Below the pieces are notes generated by a model. The model was not told where the DNA came from. It was given only the letters and a program-made list of their open reading frames with translations, and did no database searches. Shown here in pieces: positions 48,444 through 64,000 of a stretch of DNA of 64,000 nt; position 1 is the first letter of the stretch; each line of letters begins with the position of its first letter. Position numbers and translations under genes: made by a program. This DNA is from the human T2T-CHM13v2.0 reference genome, Homo sapiens. Location of the stretch: assembly GCF_009914755.1 (NCBI RefSeq), contig NC_060936.1. The stretch is one strand, 5' to 3'.

Positions 48444-50708
48444 TCAACCCAGTTCTATTAGCAACTGTAAACACTCAAATGTGGGCAGTGTGAACAAATT
48501 CAGCGTACCAAGTCCCATTTCTTCTATCCCAGTTTGTCACCTTAGCAAGAGGTTGAAGACTTCCTTCTTGGGTTCCCCCATCCCACCACTTCCCCAGATT
48601 CTAGAGGTTTACACTGTCCAGAAAGGAGATGTGCGTGGCTTCACCTGAGTGGGAAAAAACACAGTCTCTCTTGCTGGGGCTGCTGCCTTTTCCTTTGACA
48701 GCCCCATGGTAAGAGCTGATTCTCTGAGGGACCTTTGGCATCAGCTCCAGCGTGGGCTGTGGAGGCCTTCTGTGGATGATGACTTCACCCTGTCAGTCAA
48801 GTCCCACCCATCTCCTGGGAGTGCGGTCTCAGAATTGCACTGGGCATCTATCCCTCATATCAACTAAACCTCAAACTGCCTCCTTTCTTTGTATATGCAT
48901 CCAACATGGTCAGCAGTTGTTCACCATTTTTTTTCCAACCTTAGAAACACAAAATGCTAATTAAAGCCCCATTTGTGGATAAGTTAGAGCTTTCCATCCA
49001 CCTTCCTATGCAATGCTACCCTAATTTCTTCAGGGATCCCCACATCTAGCCTGTAGCTTTTTTTATGATTCTCAGACATAAAAGGCTGAGTAAATCCCTA
49101 GCCAGACGGGGGAACCATCTGTTCATTCTACTGCAGATGCGCTAGCTCACTAAGGGATACAGGACAAGTCACTCAAACCTTCCAAGAATTCCCTCATCAA
49201 ACCAGATTGCTGCTCAAATTGTCCTGGCCATCCCAGAGTTAAGCTCCATCCTGCGATGGTTTTCTGCTGCCTGTCCCAGAAAGGTCATTGATTCATCACC
49301 ATCTTCAGAGAACAACCATGGAAGAGTGATGGAAATTACTAGGATTTCCAGCAGATAGGAAATCCTATATCCCTTGTTTAAGTCCTATTCACAGGTCACT
49401 GAAAAGCTGACTAAAGATAACTGATTCCAGACAACAGTTCCAGAATGAAAATGAGCAGGTTCCCAAGGCCAAAAAAAGAAAAAAGAAAGAAAGAAAAAAA
49501 AGACACAAAACAAAACATTTAGTTAATCCGAATGCCACATTCTTATTACAGTTTGTATTTTTAGCGAAAGTTTTCTAGTCAATAATTCCTATTTGATGTT
49601 GCAGGGGCCAACATTTCTACAAAGGTCCTGGGGAAACAGCACATTGCTAGAGGAAGGAGGAGGTTATGCCAGTCTTACAGGCAGAAGGATCACCAATTTT
49701 TGATCAGAGATGGCCTGAGTCAATCAATAAAACTTTTCTAGTGACCTCCTCCCAAGTAGTACACTTTGGCCAAGGGTTCCAAGATCCTCATTTATAGGGC
49801 TGAAAATGTAGAATTACTGGGTTGGCGTGGGCAAATGTAAAATTTTGCTTAGAGAGGAAGTGCTGGTAGGCAGGCTTCTACCAGCTGGTTCCTGGCCCTA
49901 CTTGGTCTGAACCCCAAATGAAAAAAGGGTTCATGGCCTCCCTGGAAGGCTTCAATCTTCTCTTATTTTGAACCTCAAATACAAAAGGGTTTTCCAGCCC
50001 TAGAGTCATGGCCGGTGGCCCACAGTAAGAGGTGCACTGGCTGAATTCACACTGTAGCATCAGAAAATGTACCTATCTCATCTCTCCAGGAATCTGGGAT
50101 TCCCAGAGCCTTATTTTTCTTGATTATGAAACGAGAATAATAATTTTGACTTTACCCATCTCTAAGACTTTTTAAAGTAAGTTATGCAAACATATTTTGA
50201 AAGGCATTCAAATGCAAGCTATCAGTTTTCTCCAAAAGGTCTGGACTTAGGCAGTTTGCTGCTTTTACATTCTCACTTCTGTTAGATTTTCTCAAGAGAT
50301 CCTCAATCTAGCATGAAGCGAAGAGGAAGATTTGAATCTCACCTCTTCCACTTAACAGCTGTGACACTGGGCAAGTTATTTCAGGTCTTTGAAAGTCAGT
50401 TTCCACATTTGTTAAATGAGATTAAGAATCCTTACCTCATAACCACTTTAGAAATCCTTTTGGCAGTATCTACTAAAGCATGTCCTGCAACCCATAGATT
50501 CCATCCCTAGAAGTATAACTAGCAGGAATGTGTACATATGCCCACCAAAAGACATTCATAAGAATGTCCAGAGCAGCATTACTTGTAACAATCACAAACC
50601 AAAAAGATACCAAATGGCCATCAACGGCAAGATAAATTGTGGTATATTTATACAATGGAGTACAATATGGCAATGAGAATGAGCAAAGCACTGCCATTTG
50701 CAACACTA

Positions 50709-51063
<355 letters not shown>

Positions 51064-52894
51064 GAGGCCAGCCCAGCATACAAGAGTATATATTACATCA
51101 TAGTATTCCATTTCCATAGTATTCCATATAAACTCTGCTATGGTGTTAGATTGTAGGATAGTGGTCAGTCTTGGGGAGGAGAGACTAATTATTGACAGGG
51201 GGCATGTAGGTGTCTCCTGCAGGGCTCAAAGCATCCTATACCACTAGATCATTTTGTAAAGTATAAAATAGTGTAATTATGATCTGTGTACTCTTCTTGA
51301 TGTACACTGTCCTTCAAAAAAGAAAGTTTATGGAACAAAAGGATTCTTACCTGGGAGATAATTTAAGGAGCTGATGGAATACTATGTAATGTGTCTGGGA
51401 CAGCACCTGTGGTGCAGAAAGCACTCAAAGTAGGAGACATTGTTAGTAGTATTAATATGAATAAGTTCTAGCACTAGGCTCAGGTGTGTGCCTTGGGTTT
51501 CAGTGTGGGCCTGTAATTCCAGGTTCTGATCCCTAGGCTTTTCCCAGCTTATAGCCATCTCCCAGGGAAGCCACAACTGTGTCACCCCTATTGGAGCAGC
51601 TGCTGTGATACCCTTACTGTTGTGATGACAAAGGGCAGGAAATGCTGTTGTCTTTGAGGACAATCCTCCCTGCCCCTGTCCACCCTCCCTGTCAGTGTCT
51701 GGAGAAGTGGAGCTGGCTTTTGGCTGCATGCCTGAGAACATTGACCTTGCTGCCACGCTTGAGTGGGAAAGGGCATGATTTAGCCAGTATTCAGTCAGGA
51801 ACATGGGCTAGTTATTTCACATTCGATAGAGCTACCATGGAGGCCAACAACAGGAGTATTTCCCAAGGCTTCTTAGGAAATACTGAGCCACCTAAGTTGA
51901 AACAAGTACAGTGATAATGACAGTGCCACTAGTAATAGCTGAAGGCACCATTGTTTAAACTCTTACCAGTGGTAGACACTGTGCTCTGCGTTTTACAGTC
52001 ATGGCCTCATTGAAACCCTTCAACAACTCTGGAAGGTAACATGATTACTCCCATTTTGCAGATGAAAAAACTGAAGCTCAGAGAGCTTAAATCATTTTTG
52101 TAAGATTGCTTGGCCCTTAAGTGTAGAGTTGTGATTCAAACCCAGATCTGTCTTGATTCAAAACTCCAAGCTCTTGACCCTTTCTTCATTGTAGGAGAGA
52201 GGAAGAAAAAAAAGGAAGAATTATGTTCTCTCTTTCTCTCAATTTGGTGTAAGCAGGATAACCATAGAAGGGTTTCTTTCCTTTTTTTAAAAAAAAATAT
52301 TTTAGACCACTTAGCTTTTGGAGGAGTGAGAGCACGAAGAGCTCCTTGCATTGTCCACTTCCTGTATTTGTAGCTGGGAAAAAAAGTTTTTCAGTGTTTT
52401 GAGAAATCTTTCTAAAATGGGCATTTTATAAAAACAAAAAATGCATATTTTGCTTAAGTGACATTTAATAGCAATACCCCAAGAGAAATACTTTTTTTTT
52501 TTACATTTGGTATGAAAAGCAACTTGAAGCAGCTCTATTTATTTATTTTAGGAAGTCCTCAATGGAAGTATAAAGAAAGGAAAAGTTTGAAGATGAAAAA
52601 ACAACCCAGCTCCTTTCTCCTGCATTCTCCAAGCTGTGGGCTAGGTGGATACATTCAATAGGAGCTAATGTCCTATTTGTACATTGTTACTGAGAGCCGC
52701 ACCTGGTCTCACAAACACCCACTATTTCCCATTCCCTCCTGATGCCAGGCATGAGTGATGGTAGAGGAGTTAAAAGAAAAGGGAACAGCAACCATACCAA
52801 TACCATTTTACATAAAAATTATCTGAGGTTGAATCCATATGGTTTAGGAGGCATACTCAAATTAAGACAAGTTGCAAGGATTATGCAAAATAGG

Positions 52895-52968
52895 AGGTTG
52901 CACATGTGAAATTGCTGTTATTTGACCATTTTTGACATAGAAAAGTGGCAGTTTTCTACAGTTGATAT
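52895..52968. mobile_element. MADE2-like mariner MITE
   Basis: aggttgcacatgtgaaattgc...tttgaccatttttgac...ggcagtttt. Confidence 0.6.
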
Positions 52969-53973
52969 TGCACACTAACAAGATTTTCTCTGTTACTTTA
53001 TCTTGGTTCTAGCTTCTGAAAGTGCTTTCACTTCCATTATGTCATTCTCTCTGCTTGTGTAATGCTGTAATGTGTAAAGATGGCAGGATACATGTTTTTA
53101 ATTTCTATTTTGCAGTTGAGGGAAGTAAGACTCCAAGTGAATAAATAACTGGTCTAAGTTCAAAAAGCTAATTGGACCACAGAATCTTGGAGCCACAAAA
53201 GACCTGCCAAAATTAAAATATACTGGTTGCAATGAACAAAAACAAACCAAAATTCAAAAAAAAGCAAACCCTCAAACTGCCTTGTGCAAAAAAAGCAAAA
53301 TAAAACAACAATAACAAAACAGGCAAAAAACAAAATTAGGGGAACTATTGGCTCCTGTTAACGCGAGGGTTTAGAATTGGGTCCCAGAACTCAGATGACA
53401 CCATGAGGACTGGTGCCCTTCATTTTTAACTCTGCCTTCTGCTGTGCTGGCATCATTCCCAGATGGGCTTTTCCCTCATGTCCGAAAATGGTGCCAGCAG
53501 CTGTTGGCGATGTATCTTGCAGGTTCAAACCTCATGGAGAAGAGTGAGCATCCCTGAAGTGCTGAGATCCACTCTGCTTGAATTGGGATAGGCCACATGT
53601 CCACCACTGATGCAATTACTGATGCAAGGACTGAATGCTGTACTTTGGTTGATTGAGCTGGGTCACCTATCCTCCCGGCTCTGGGAATGAACTTCACTGC
53701 AACCACACAGACTGAAAGTGAGGAGAAGCTATGCAGGATGTAGGGTAGATAGATATCAGGGACAAAGTTTCCAACAGGTGTTTACCCCCCACCCTTTGAC
53801 AACGCTGACCCCAGGCTGCTCCTTTCACAGATGAGAAAATGAGGTCAGCAGCACACCTCCTACCCCCAGCACATGACACTTCCCTAGTCACTCTGCCTTA
53901 CACATGGCCCACTCATCAGCTTCATGCTGCTAGCTGTGAGTTTAGGAAAAACAGCCTGGAAGGAAGGCTCTGA

Positions 53974-54144
<171 letters not shown>

Positions 54145-56570
54145 TAAGTGGCTTGAGTGGGCTGGAGAGTGAGGGGAGAAAGACAGTGCCAAATCTCAGT
54201 ACTGAGTTCAAGCACTGGAGCTTTGATGTCACCTCTGGTCAAGTGGGGCAAATCAGTGAGAAAGTGTCTGTCTTACTCCTCATTTTTTACATCCTAACAA
54301 ATAAATAGTTGGAATATGGGTTTCTGGCCTTCAGAAAGCCAGACTTATAGTTCCACCTGATTATAATTTAACCACTAAATGATGGAGAAAGAAGGAATCT
54401 TTCTGGGATCACATGCCCAGTTTAAACTAAAAGCTGGAATATAGACATTCCCCAAATCACTAACACTTAATCCTGCAGTTAACTTATAATGCCATAAAAT
54501 ACTTTTCTGGGGGCCACATTAAATTGTGAGCCAATGACCACCCCCCACGTATATGCTGTGAATGAATATTACCAAGTTCACTGACAATATATCCTGCAGC
54601 AATCGTGGTAGATGGTTTCTTTATGTTAAGGAGTCTGAAGTCAAATCATACAAAACATCCTAAAAAAGTGGAAAAGCTTCACCCAATTTTTATGACATAA
54701 GATAGTTTCAAGAAATAAATGTGCAATCCTATATTATTACTCTTAAACATCCTTTAAACTTCTTTATTTCTTAGCATGTAATTTACCTACTTAAGCCTTC
54801 TAGAATTTTCATTGGGCTATAACTTAAGTTAAAATTTTCCAAATTCAAATTTTAAAATTTTCCAAATTCAAATACTGTAAAGCTTATCACTAGGACTTTC
54901 ATGGTGGATGTACTAGAGGGAAGAAATATTTTCCTTAAAAGAAAATCTAGGGAGTTAAACAGACTTTGGGAGTTGGTGTGTTTAATAAGCTAAAGGAAGC
55001 TCATTGCTCATTGTATCATTGAAATGTCATGACTTTGTGTCTTTTCTACTGTGTGCAATTAGAAAAAGAAATGAGGGGTCCATGGGTTTTGGCTTTGAGG
55101 CTTGGCCTTCCTTAGATTATCTTTTGGGGAACATTCCATGTTTTGTAAGAAATATGAGCACCGAGGTATGAAACTGTCACACGCAGGCTCAATGCTTTAA
55201 TTAAAACTTAACTGCTTCCCAGGCTCTATGCATCAAGTTGATCAAGTTTTCAAGGTAAGTGTTATCCCTCTTCTTATTTGAAAACATTTTTAAGTTTGTT
55301 TGAACAGCCTATCTTGGCTCCAATAATCTAGAAAAATATGGAGAACACAGAGTATATGGAAACAAAGGAGAACACAGATGGTATCAACTCAAAAGTAATG
55401 AGGCAGATTTATGTTGAGTATTTAGCCATAATTCACTTTTCCTAAGCAAAAAAGGAAGGCAATATTTACCCAGTTTAGAATTCAGGCCCTCCTAATTTCA
55501 CTACTTATATCAATGAGACAGAAAAACACCCATCTTTTCTTATATAGTTAGGTCTAATTTGTTACAAAAATATCATTTTCTTAAGTAACCTAAAAACAGT
55601 TCAGTTAGGGCATTAAAATTTTATCAATTTTTTTCTGAATTATGTTTCAATGCTATCAAAGAACTTTTAAAAAGCCAGTTTAATTGACTTTATACTTAAC
55701 TTTTGATATCAGAAGCAGAATCGCCATTCTTAGGTAAGCAGATTTCTATAATCAGAGATTGGTGTTTAAGGTTCAGAATAATCATCAACAGTATAACTCT
55801 TACTGATTGATTCCGTTTCTGATTATTGCTGCCCTAAATTTCAGCCTAACGCTCATATCTTAGCTGTACTTTTTTTCTTCAGAGTTTTTGACAGTGAAGC
55901 ATAAAACATCACCAAAAATGTTTTATTCTCAACTAAGACGGTTCTTATTACCCTCTGTAGTAAAATCTACATAATTCTACCCATCTAGCCTTTAGATGAA
56001 CAAATTAGCAGATTAATTCTAGAAACTTGAGTCAATAAGCAGTTTCCAGATGGCATAAGATGTGTAGTCTTTATCAAATTCTTCATTCAGTGGATTTTCT
56101 TTTTGCTGCTGGTAGGCACTGTGATTGTGGAGCCTTTGACTGATTGGCTTCTTAAGGGTAGTCAATGACTCAGTAACTTGATCCATTGGGAAGGTACAAA
56201 GAACATGAACACTCTTCTCCCAAGAGACCCATTAATTTTTTCTGTTTCTGGAATTAGAGGAAAATTTAGAAACTCTTGTGTTATTCATTATAATAGCAGC
56301 CATCCAAATTGAGATCCCAGGATGCATAGATCTGTACAGTAGTAGAGCAGTGAGTAATGCCCTCCTCTGCTTGCAGAGAGCTTCTTTCTTGAGAAGAAAC
56401 CCACATTTAGGAAGCTTGATGAATTAGAAATCCTGCCGCATATTTTCATCATGCATGGGAAAAATTCATCAAAGAAGTTTTCAACTTTTATGTTCTCTAT
56501 TTGATAATGTTATGCATTTAATATGTTTTCTTTTTATTAACATTTTAGAATTGTTTTATTAAGCCTATTA

Positions 56571-57097
56571 CAGTTTGAGTATTCCTTATCTGAAATGTTT
56601 GAGATCAGAAGTATTTCTGATTTGGGAACTTTTTTGGATTTTGGAAGATTGTATTATACTTACCCTAATCCAAAAATCTGAAATCTGAAATGCTCCAGTG
56701 AGCATTTCTTTTGAGCATCATGTTGGTGTTCAAAAATTTTGGATCGGCTGGGCGCAGTGGCTCACGCCTGTAATCCCAGCACTCTGGGAGGCCAAGGCCG
56801 CAGATCACCTGAGGTCAGGAGTTCAAGACCAGTCTGGCCAACATGGCGAAACCCCATCTTTACTAAAAAAATACAAAAATTGGTTGGGCATGGTAGCTGG
56901 AGCCTGTAATCCCAGCTACTCAGGAGGCAGAGACAGGGAGAATTGCTTGAACCCGGGAGGCGGAGGTCGCAGTGAGCTGAGATCACGCCACTGCACTCCA
57001 CCTGGGCGACAGAGCGAGACTCTGTCTCAAAAAAAAAAAGTTTAGGATCTTGGAGCACTTCAGATTTGGGATTTTCAGATTTGGGATGCTCAATTTA
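56571..57097. mobile_element. MER46/Tigger4-like element interrupted by an Alu
   Basis: TA-flanked cagtttgagtattcc...gggatgctcaattta. Confidence 0.7.
56746..57039 (+). mobile_element. AluS
   Basis: TSD aaaattttggatc / aaagtttaggatc. Confidence 0.94.
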
Positions 57098-57605
57098 TAT
57101 ACACAAAGCATTGCTATTAGAAATAGCAATGATAAAACCAATAAAGCAAAAATTTGATTAGCCACCCTGCCACTATCCCATTTCTTTCTGCAGAAGTAAC
57201 CACCATTGTAGGTTTTCAGTGCTATTACCAAATTGGGAGAATAAAAAGGAAATGACCATACTCTAGTGAAAACAGGTTTCCAATCGATTGTATAACTGGC
57301 TCTGGTTGATTTAAGAGAATTTCTGGTAATTCTGCTAAGTCTGCTTTTTCATGTGATCATCAATAGGCTGAATATTCTTTCATCCAAGTGACTTTTTAAA
57401 TATGGTGTTGCTGGTGAAATTTTGAGACTTTTTTTTCCTAATTCCACCCCAGATATTTCACAAGTCTAAGTAATGTGTTGACTTCTCAACATCTAGCCTA
57501 CATCTTTCTATTGTGTTGTGGAGTCAAATTAAAAGTCTAAAAAACACAAAAGGGAAAGGCAATCTGAAAAAAATAATGCTTTCATTTGGCAAGAATTGTA
57601 CTTCT

Positions 57606-57899
57606 GGCCGGGTGTGGTAACTCACACCTGTAATCCTAGCACTTTGGGGTGCTGAGGTGGTTGGGATCACTTGAGGTCAGGAGTTTGAAACCCAGCCTGG
57701 CCAACATGGCGAAACCCTGTCTCTACTAAAAATACAAAAATTAGCTGGGCGTGGTGGTGTGCACCTGTAGTCCCAGCTTACTCAGGAGGTTGAGGCAGGA
57801 GAATTGCTTGGACCCAGGAGGCTGGGGTTGCAGTGAGCCAAGTTGGTGCTACTGCACTCCAGCTTAGGGGACAGAGCAAGACTGTCTCAAAAAAAGAAA
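57606..57899 (+). mobile_element. AluS
   Basis: TSD attgtacttct on both sides. Confidence 0.93.
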
Positions 57900-58097
57900 G
57901 ATTGTACTTCTTTGTGAGAAAATAAAAAGCTGGGAAACAGCCAGCTGTGTTTTGAAATGTTATTTTTATTTCCTCATTAAAAATTCAAGAAATCAATTGA
58001 TTAAATATAGCAAAAGGCACTTTTCACAGTACGTTTTCTTGAAATGTTTATACAACTAATACTGTTAATGAAAATAAATATATGGAAACATTTGTAA

Positions 58098-58710
<613 letters not shown>

Positions 58711-58717
58711 GTGTCAA

Positions 58718-58719
58718 TT

Positions 58720-58766
<47 letters not shown>

Positions 58767-58888
58767 CTTTCTTTCTTTCTTTCCTCCTTCCTTTCTTTCT
58801 CTTTCTTTCTTTCTTTCTTTCTTTCTCTTTCTTTCTTTCTTTCCTCCTTCCTTTCTTTCTCTTTCTTTCTTTCTTTCTTTCTTTCTTT

Positions 58889-58960
<72 letters not shown>

Positions 58961-58979
58961 TCGTTCGTTCTTTCTTTCT
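58718..58979. repeat. Compound (TTTC)n STR derived from the adjacent Alu tail
   Basis: Seen directly; about 260 bp of almost pure pyrimidine. Confidence 0.97.
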
Positions 58980-59249
58980 TTTTTTCTTTGAGACATGGTC
59001 TTGCTCTGTCACCCAGGCTGGAGCACAGCAGCATGATTATGCCTCATTGCAGCCTTGACCTCCCAGGCTCAAGTGGGAGCCTCCCAAATAGCTGGGACCA
59101 CAGGTGTGTGCCACCATGCTGGCTGTGTTTGTAGAGATGGGGTCTCACTATGTTGCCTGGGCTGGGCTTCAATTCCTGGGCTCAAGTGAGCCTCCTGCCT
59201 CAGTCTCCCAAAGTGCTGGGATAACAGGCATGAGCTACCATATCCAGCC
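58980..59249 (-). mobile_element. AluJ
   Basis: Diverged dimer. Confidence 0.88.
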
Positions 59250-59667
59250 AAGATGTCGATTTCGTAAGCCTGGGCTCAGAAAATGGCACGGCATCATTCA
59301 AATGATAGTTTTATAGTTTTCAGTGAATACTCTTGCAATTCTTTTACTAAATGTTTTCTTAATTATTTTATTTTTATTGATGTTGATGCATTTTCATATG
59401 AAGTAGATTCATTATTTTCATCAAATTATCAAAGAGATCTGTGACCTAAAAAAAGCCAAGGAGCCACTAATTTAGTCAACGCCCTCCTGTACAGTTTAAC
59501 AGAGGGGAGACTGAGGGCCAATAAGGTTACACAATTCATCCAAGGTAGTAAATGATAGAGCTCGGTTCAGAATGGAGGTAATATGACTTCTGAGTGATCA
59601 AAAAGTATTTCTTAAATTGTAACTTCATATCCAGTTCCTAAGAGGGAGAAGCATTCATTATCTGCCT

Positions 59668-59847
59668 ATTTTGTTGTTTTTGTTGTTGTTTTGTTTTCTT
59701 TAAGACAGGGTTTCGCTCTGTCGCCTAGACTGGAGTGCAGTGGCTTTATCACAGCTCACTACAGCCTCAACTTCCTGGGCTCAAGCAATCCTCCTGCTTC
59801 TGCCTCCCAAAGTGTTGGAATTACAGGCATGAGCCATTGTGCCTGGC
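59668..59847 (-). mobile_element. Monomeric Alu (FAM/FRAM-like or internally recombined)
   Basis: Single monomer with a T-rich tail. Confidence 0.8.
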
Positions 59848-61012
59848 CTACATATTTTATTCTGATAGCTAACCTGGGCTTAGGCACTAAGGCTTGGCTG
59901 CTGCACACATAACTGTTCTTGCACCAAACTGAGCTCTTAAAAACAAAACAAAACAAAAACCAAAATACATATAAACATCAAACAAACAAGCAACAAAAAG
60001 ACATTCTTTGTATGATTATGAATGTAATATAAGTTCATTGTGAAAATTTTGGAACATAATAGAAATGTATGAAAAAGAGATGAAATTCATTTGTATTTGG
60101 GATCCACCATTTGGTAGCCTATTTTTTCTCTTTTCTTCTGTTATTAAAATTAATCTCATATTGCTAGTAATATATTGTGGACATCACATTATATGATATT
60201 AGTAAGGACCCCATAAAAATATTGTTCACAAAGATAATATAGTTTTCCATTGTATGGATGCATCATATTAATTCCCTTATTATTAGAAGTTTTGTTTATT
60301 TTCCATTTTTTATTGTTAATAAAACTTCAGTGAACATCCACCCACCTTTGCATAAGGATACATTCCAGAAGGGGAATTTACACATGAAAGATACATATTA
60401 TTAAAACTCTTGATGTAGGCCACCAGTTGCTTTCTAGAAAGATTTGTTACAATGTGAATACCCACCAGTTGTATATTACAGGGCTGATCTCACAAGTCTT
60501 TTCCAATATTCACAGAACAAGAAGAGTTTGTAGCAGATGCTGAATAAATGTTAATTCTTATGATTTGTTTATTATATTGTATATCATTGTTTCTTCATAG
60601 TAGAATGAATGTAAGCTCCCCAAGGACAGGAAATTTTGTTAATTGTGTTCAGTTCTTATCTCTAATGCCTAAAGCAGTTCCTCGTACATAGTGGGTGCTC
60701 CATAAGTATTTCTAGAATGAATGAATAAATAAGGAGCTGCCTTACTCCTGATGTTTCAGCCATCTTCCAGCCCTCTCTGTATTCACTGCCTACCTGAAAT
60801 ACTCTGTTGTCTTGTGTTCTCATTGTTTAATTTCACAGGTATTTATTTCTTTCCTCATCAACAGAATACCACGTTAAGGTAGGGACTATTGTCTTATGTG
60901 TCTTTTCAGTGACTTGTTCCTCCTGCCCAGTGCCTAGGATGATGCCTTGAAAAGCTTTTTAAGTACTTGAACATTCTTTGCTGATTAACATTTTAATTAA
61001 TTAATTAATTAG

Positions 61013-61114
<102 letters not shown>

Positions 61115-61224
61115 TAAGAATTTATTTTCTGAATTCCTTTGTGAATGTTTTGTGAATAAACACCTACTTTGTTTTTTATATATATATAATTTTATTTATT
61201 ATCTAATATATTTTGCTTATTTAA

Positions 61225-61567
<343 letters not shown>

Positions 61568-62606
61568 ATTAATGTAGTATTAATGTTAATATTATGAATA
61601 TATGTTTATCAACAAAGCAGAGTTGTACTATGCATTGAAACTGTTGCAAAAATTCTTTATAAAACGATCCATTTTTAAAGCCACTGTTATTTTCATATTG
61701 TTTATTGCTAAAAACTTTGCTAACAACCTTACTAACAACTTTAGTTCCTTGAAATAAATTATGGCTAGATCTTTCTTTTAATTTTTCATTTAAATCAGCA
61801 TGATGTTGATTGAATTAATTTTGAGATTGTATATCCATGCTGTACTTAGAAGTCATTTTTCCTTATTCTTTAAAGCCATGTTGATAGCTTGCTGAATGGA
61901 TTCCAATATAGAAAGCATATATAGCTGGTAGTATGCAAAGCAATATGGCAGTCCAAGCTAGAGTCCTCTCTGTAGGATGACTTAGAATGAATGGGATTTG
62001 CTTTCTGACTGGTTTGGCAGGGATGCAGTGGAGACATCTCAGGGTTTTGACCCTGAGTCAATCCCCTTTGGGCTGAGAAGAAGATGATTTCATGGCCTGG
62101 ACAGTCCAGAAGCCACTTGTACAAACACCGCACTAAATGTGCGTGGTGCATCTGGTTCTCCCTTGTCTGGGCAGGGTGTTTGTGGCCTTCCTTTGGAGGA
62201 AGCTGCCTCCCACTGCTAGGCTAAGAGAGGCAAATATGTGAAGGGGATGCAAAGGCATTCATGCTTCAGTCAGGAGGTGAGTGCTATCACAACAGTGGCG
62301 GCAGCACAAATGAAAGGTTTTCTTTCCCCATTGTGGAGGTAAAAGGACCCATGCTGGGTATATGGAGCATATGGCCCTTGTGAGTTGAAAACTCCAGGCT
62401 TCAGCTTTTACTGACTGAGCATTTCTTACCCTTCAAGATATTCCATGGCCTTCCTGGCAGCTATTCCTGACCATGCTGTGGATAGCAGTTAATAATCGGG
62501 GACTAGAATAAACTGTTCTCTCAGTGTGGTGAGAACTGGGAACCAAGCATAGTTGAGAGTCTGAAAGTGGATTAGATATGATCAGAGATTTGGTGTTCTC
62601 TCATAG

Positions 62607-62756
<150 letters not shown>

Positions 62757-63162
62757 TGATGTCACTGTGTGCATGGCAGTGTGGCTGGGTACTTTATCTG
62801 GCCAGGAAGTGCCCTCCTGGGGCCCCTCTGATCTTCCTGGTGCTACCAGCCAGAACACAGGGCCTCTAAGCCACTTTCCTCCCTTCTCTGACTCTCAGTT
62901 TATTAACATTTCTCCTTTACCTGTGGACATCTTTCTTCTCCCAACCCCATGCCCTGCAATGCCCACTTTCCTGCCCTGCCCTGTCTCTGCCTGGCTCGAT
63001 TGCCTCCATGTTTTTCTAGAGTGACCACATGTTTATGTCTCATTGCCATCCACAGATTGAGGGCTGGCTGCATTTCTCAACCAGTGTGCTGATCTCTAGT
63101 CTTGAAGTTCTGCTATGACCTTTTTGATTAAAAAAGAAAATAACTTGTTTTCATGATTTAGA

Positions 63163-63348
63163 CCTGTGGTTTTCAAAGTGTGGTTCCGGGACTAGCAGAG
63201 ATGGAAACTCGTTAAAAATGCGAGTTCTCGGGCCTTACTGAAGAATCAAAAACTCTGAATCGAAAACTCTGGGGATGGGGCTTAGCAATTTGTATTTTAA
63301 CAAACCCTCCAGGTGACACTGATACATGCTCAAGTTTGAGAACTGCTG
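63163..63348. mobile_element. MER5A-like hAT MITE
   Basis: gtggttttcaaagtgtgg...tttaacaaaccctccaggtga...gtttgagaactgctg. Confidence 0.75.
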
Positions 63349-64000
63349 CTTTTAGAACATAGGTTTTGGAGTTGGATAGAATTGAATTTGACTATTTGAT
63401 ACTGGCACTTACTAGGCGGGTGACCTTGGGCATATAACTTAACCTCTCTGAGACTCATTTTCCTGTCCTATAAAATAGAGACAATAACAATATTCTACTC
63501 CAATAAAGTTGTTTTGGGGCTCTAAATAGACTAATGTAGGTAAACTGCTTAGCTCGGTATATGACACACTGAGCTCTTGACAGTAACTAATAATAATAAT
63601 GATAACGGTTACTACTCTTACTGATTTACTTTAGATGCAGAGGGAAACTCTTGTTCTCTAAGAGAATAGGAATGTTACAGAGGAAGCTGGTGAAGTTTTT
63701 TCATGCAGTTCTTGGGCAAAAGCTTCTTTGATGAGGATAGTTTTAATTTTGACTTTTAAGAAGTGGTCTAGTCTTAAAACTGTCTCATCAGTGGTACGTA
63801 TGAAGAGGAATTGAAATAACAGTGATGAAAATTGCCTTGGAAGCAATTGAAGGGGAGGTCTCAGTCTTTGGCTAACGTCAAGCCCAGAGGTTGTTGAAGG
63901 CACAGGATATATGGCCAAGAGCAGGCTGAACTGGGAAGGATCCAGTGTGGTGGGGCAGACCCTAGGAGTCAGTCTCCATTAAGGCCCAGGCCATGTGGCT

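Overview
Hominoid (human or great-ape) genomic DNA covering the 5' part of MYRFL (myelin regulatory factor-like) on the + strand. Eight internal coding exons (22410-62752) have canonical AG/GT boundaries and consistent phases. They splice into one reading frame encoding the acidic N-terminus, a Pro/His-rich region, a KKRK NLS and most of the Ndt80-type DNA-binding domain. I did not find the ATG exon, which probably lies upstream, and the gene continues past the window end. The introns are dense with transposons: a full-length older-type SVA, two L1PA3-like insertions, old L1M, about 16 Alus, solo LTRs, DNA transposons, MIR and L2. I see no new multi-gene system. The most unusual signals are small-scale: a 256-bp inverted L1 copy apparently templated from a neighbouring L1 (shared private stop codon), a multi-step fold-back palindrome at 42.0-42.2 kb, twin abutting palindromes at a double Alu/SVA insertion site, a probable L1 insertion-mediated deletion, and a candidate FBXW7 phosphodegron in MYRFL. 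Repeat family names are from recalled consensus sequences, not a database search.
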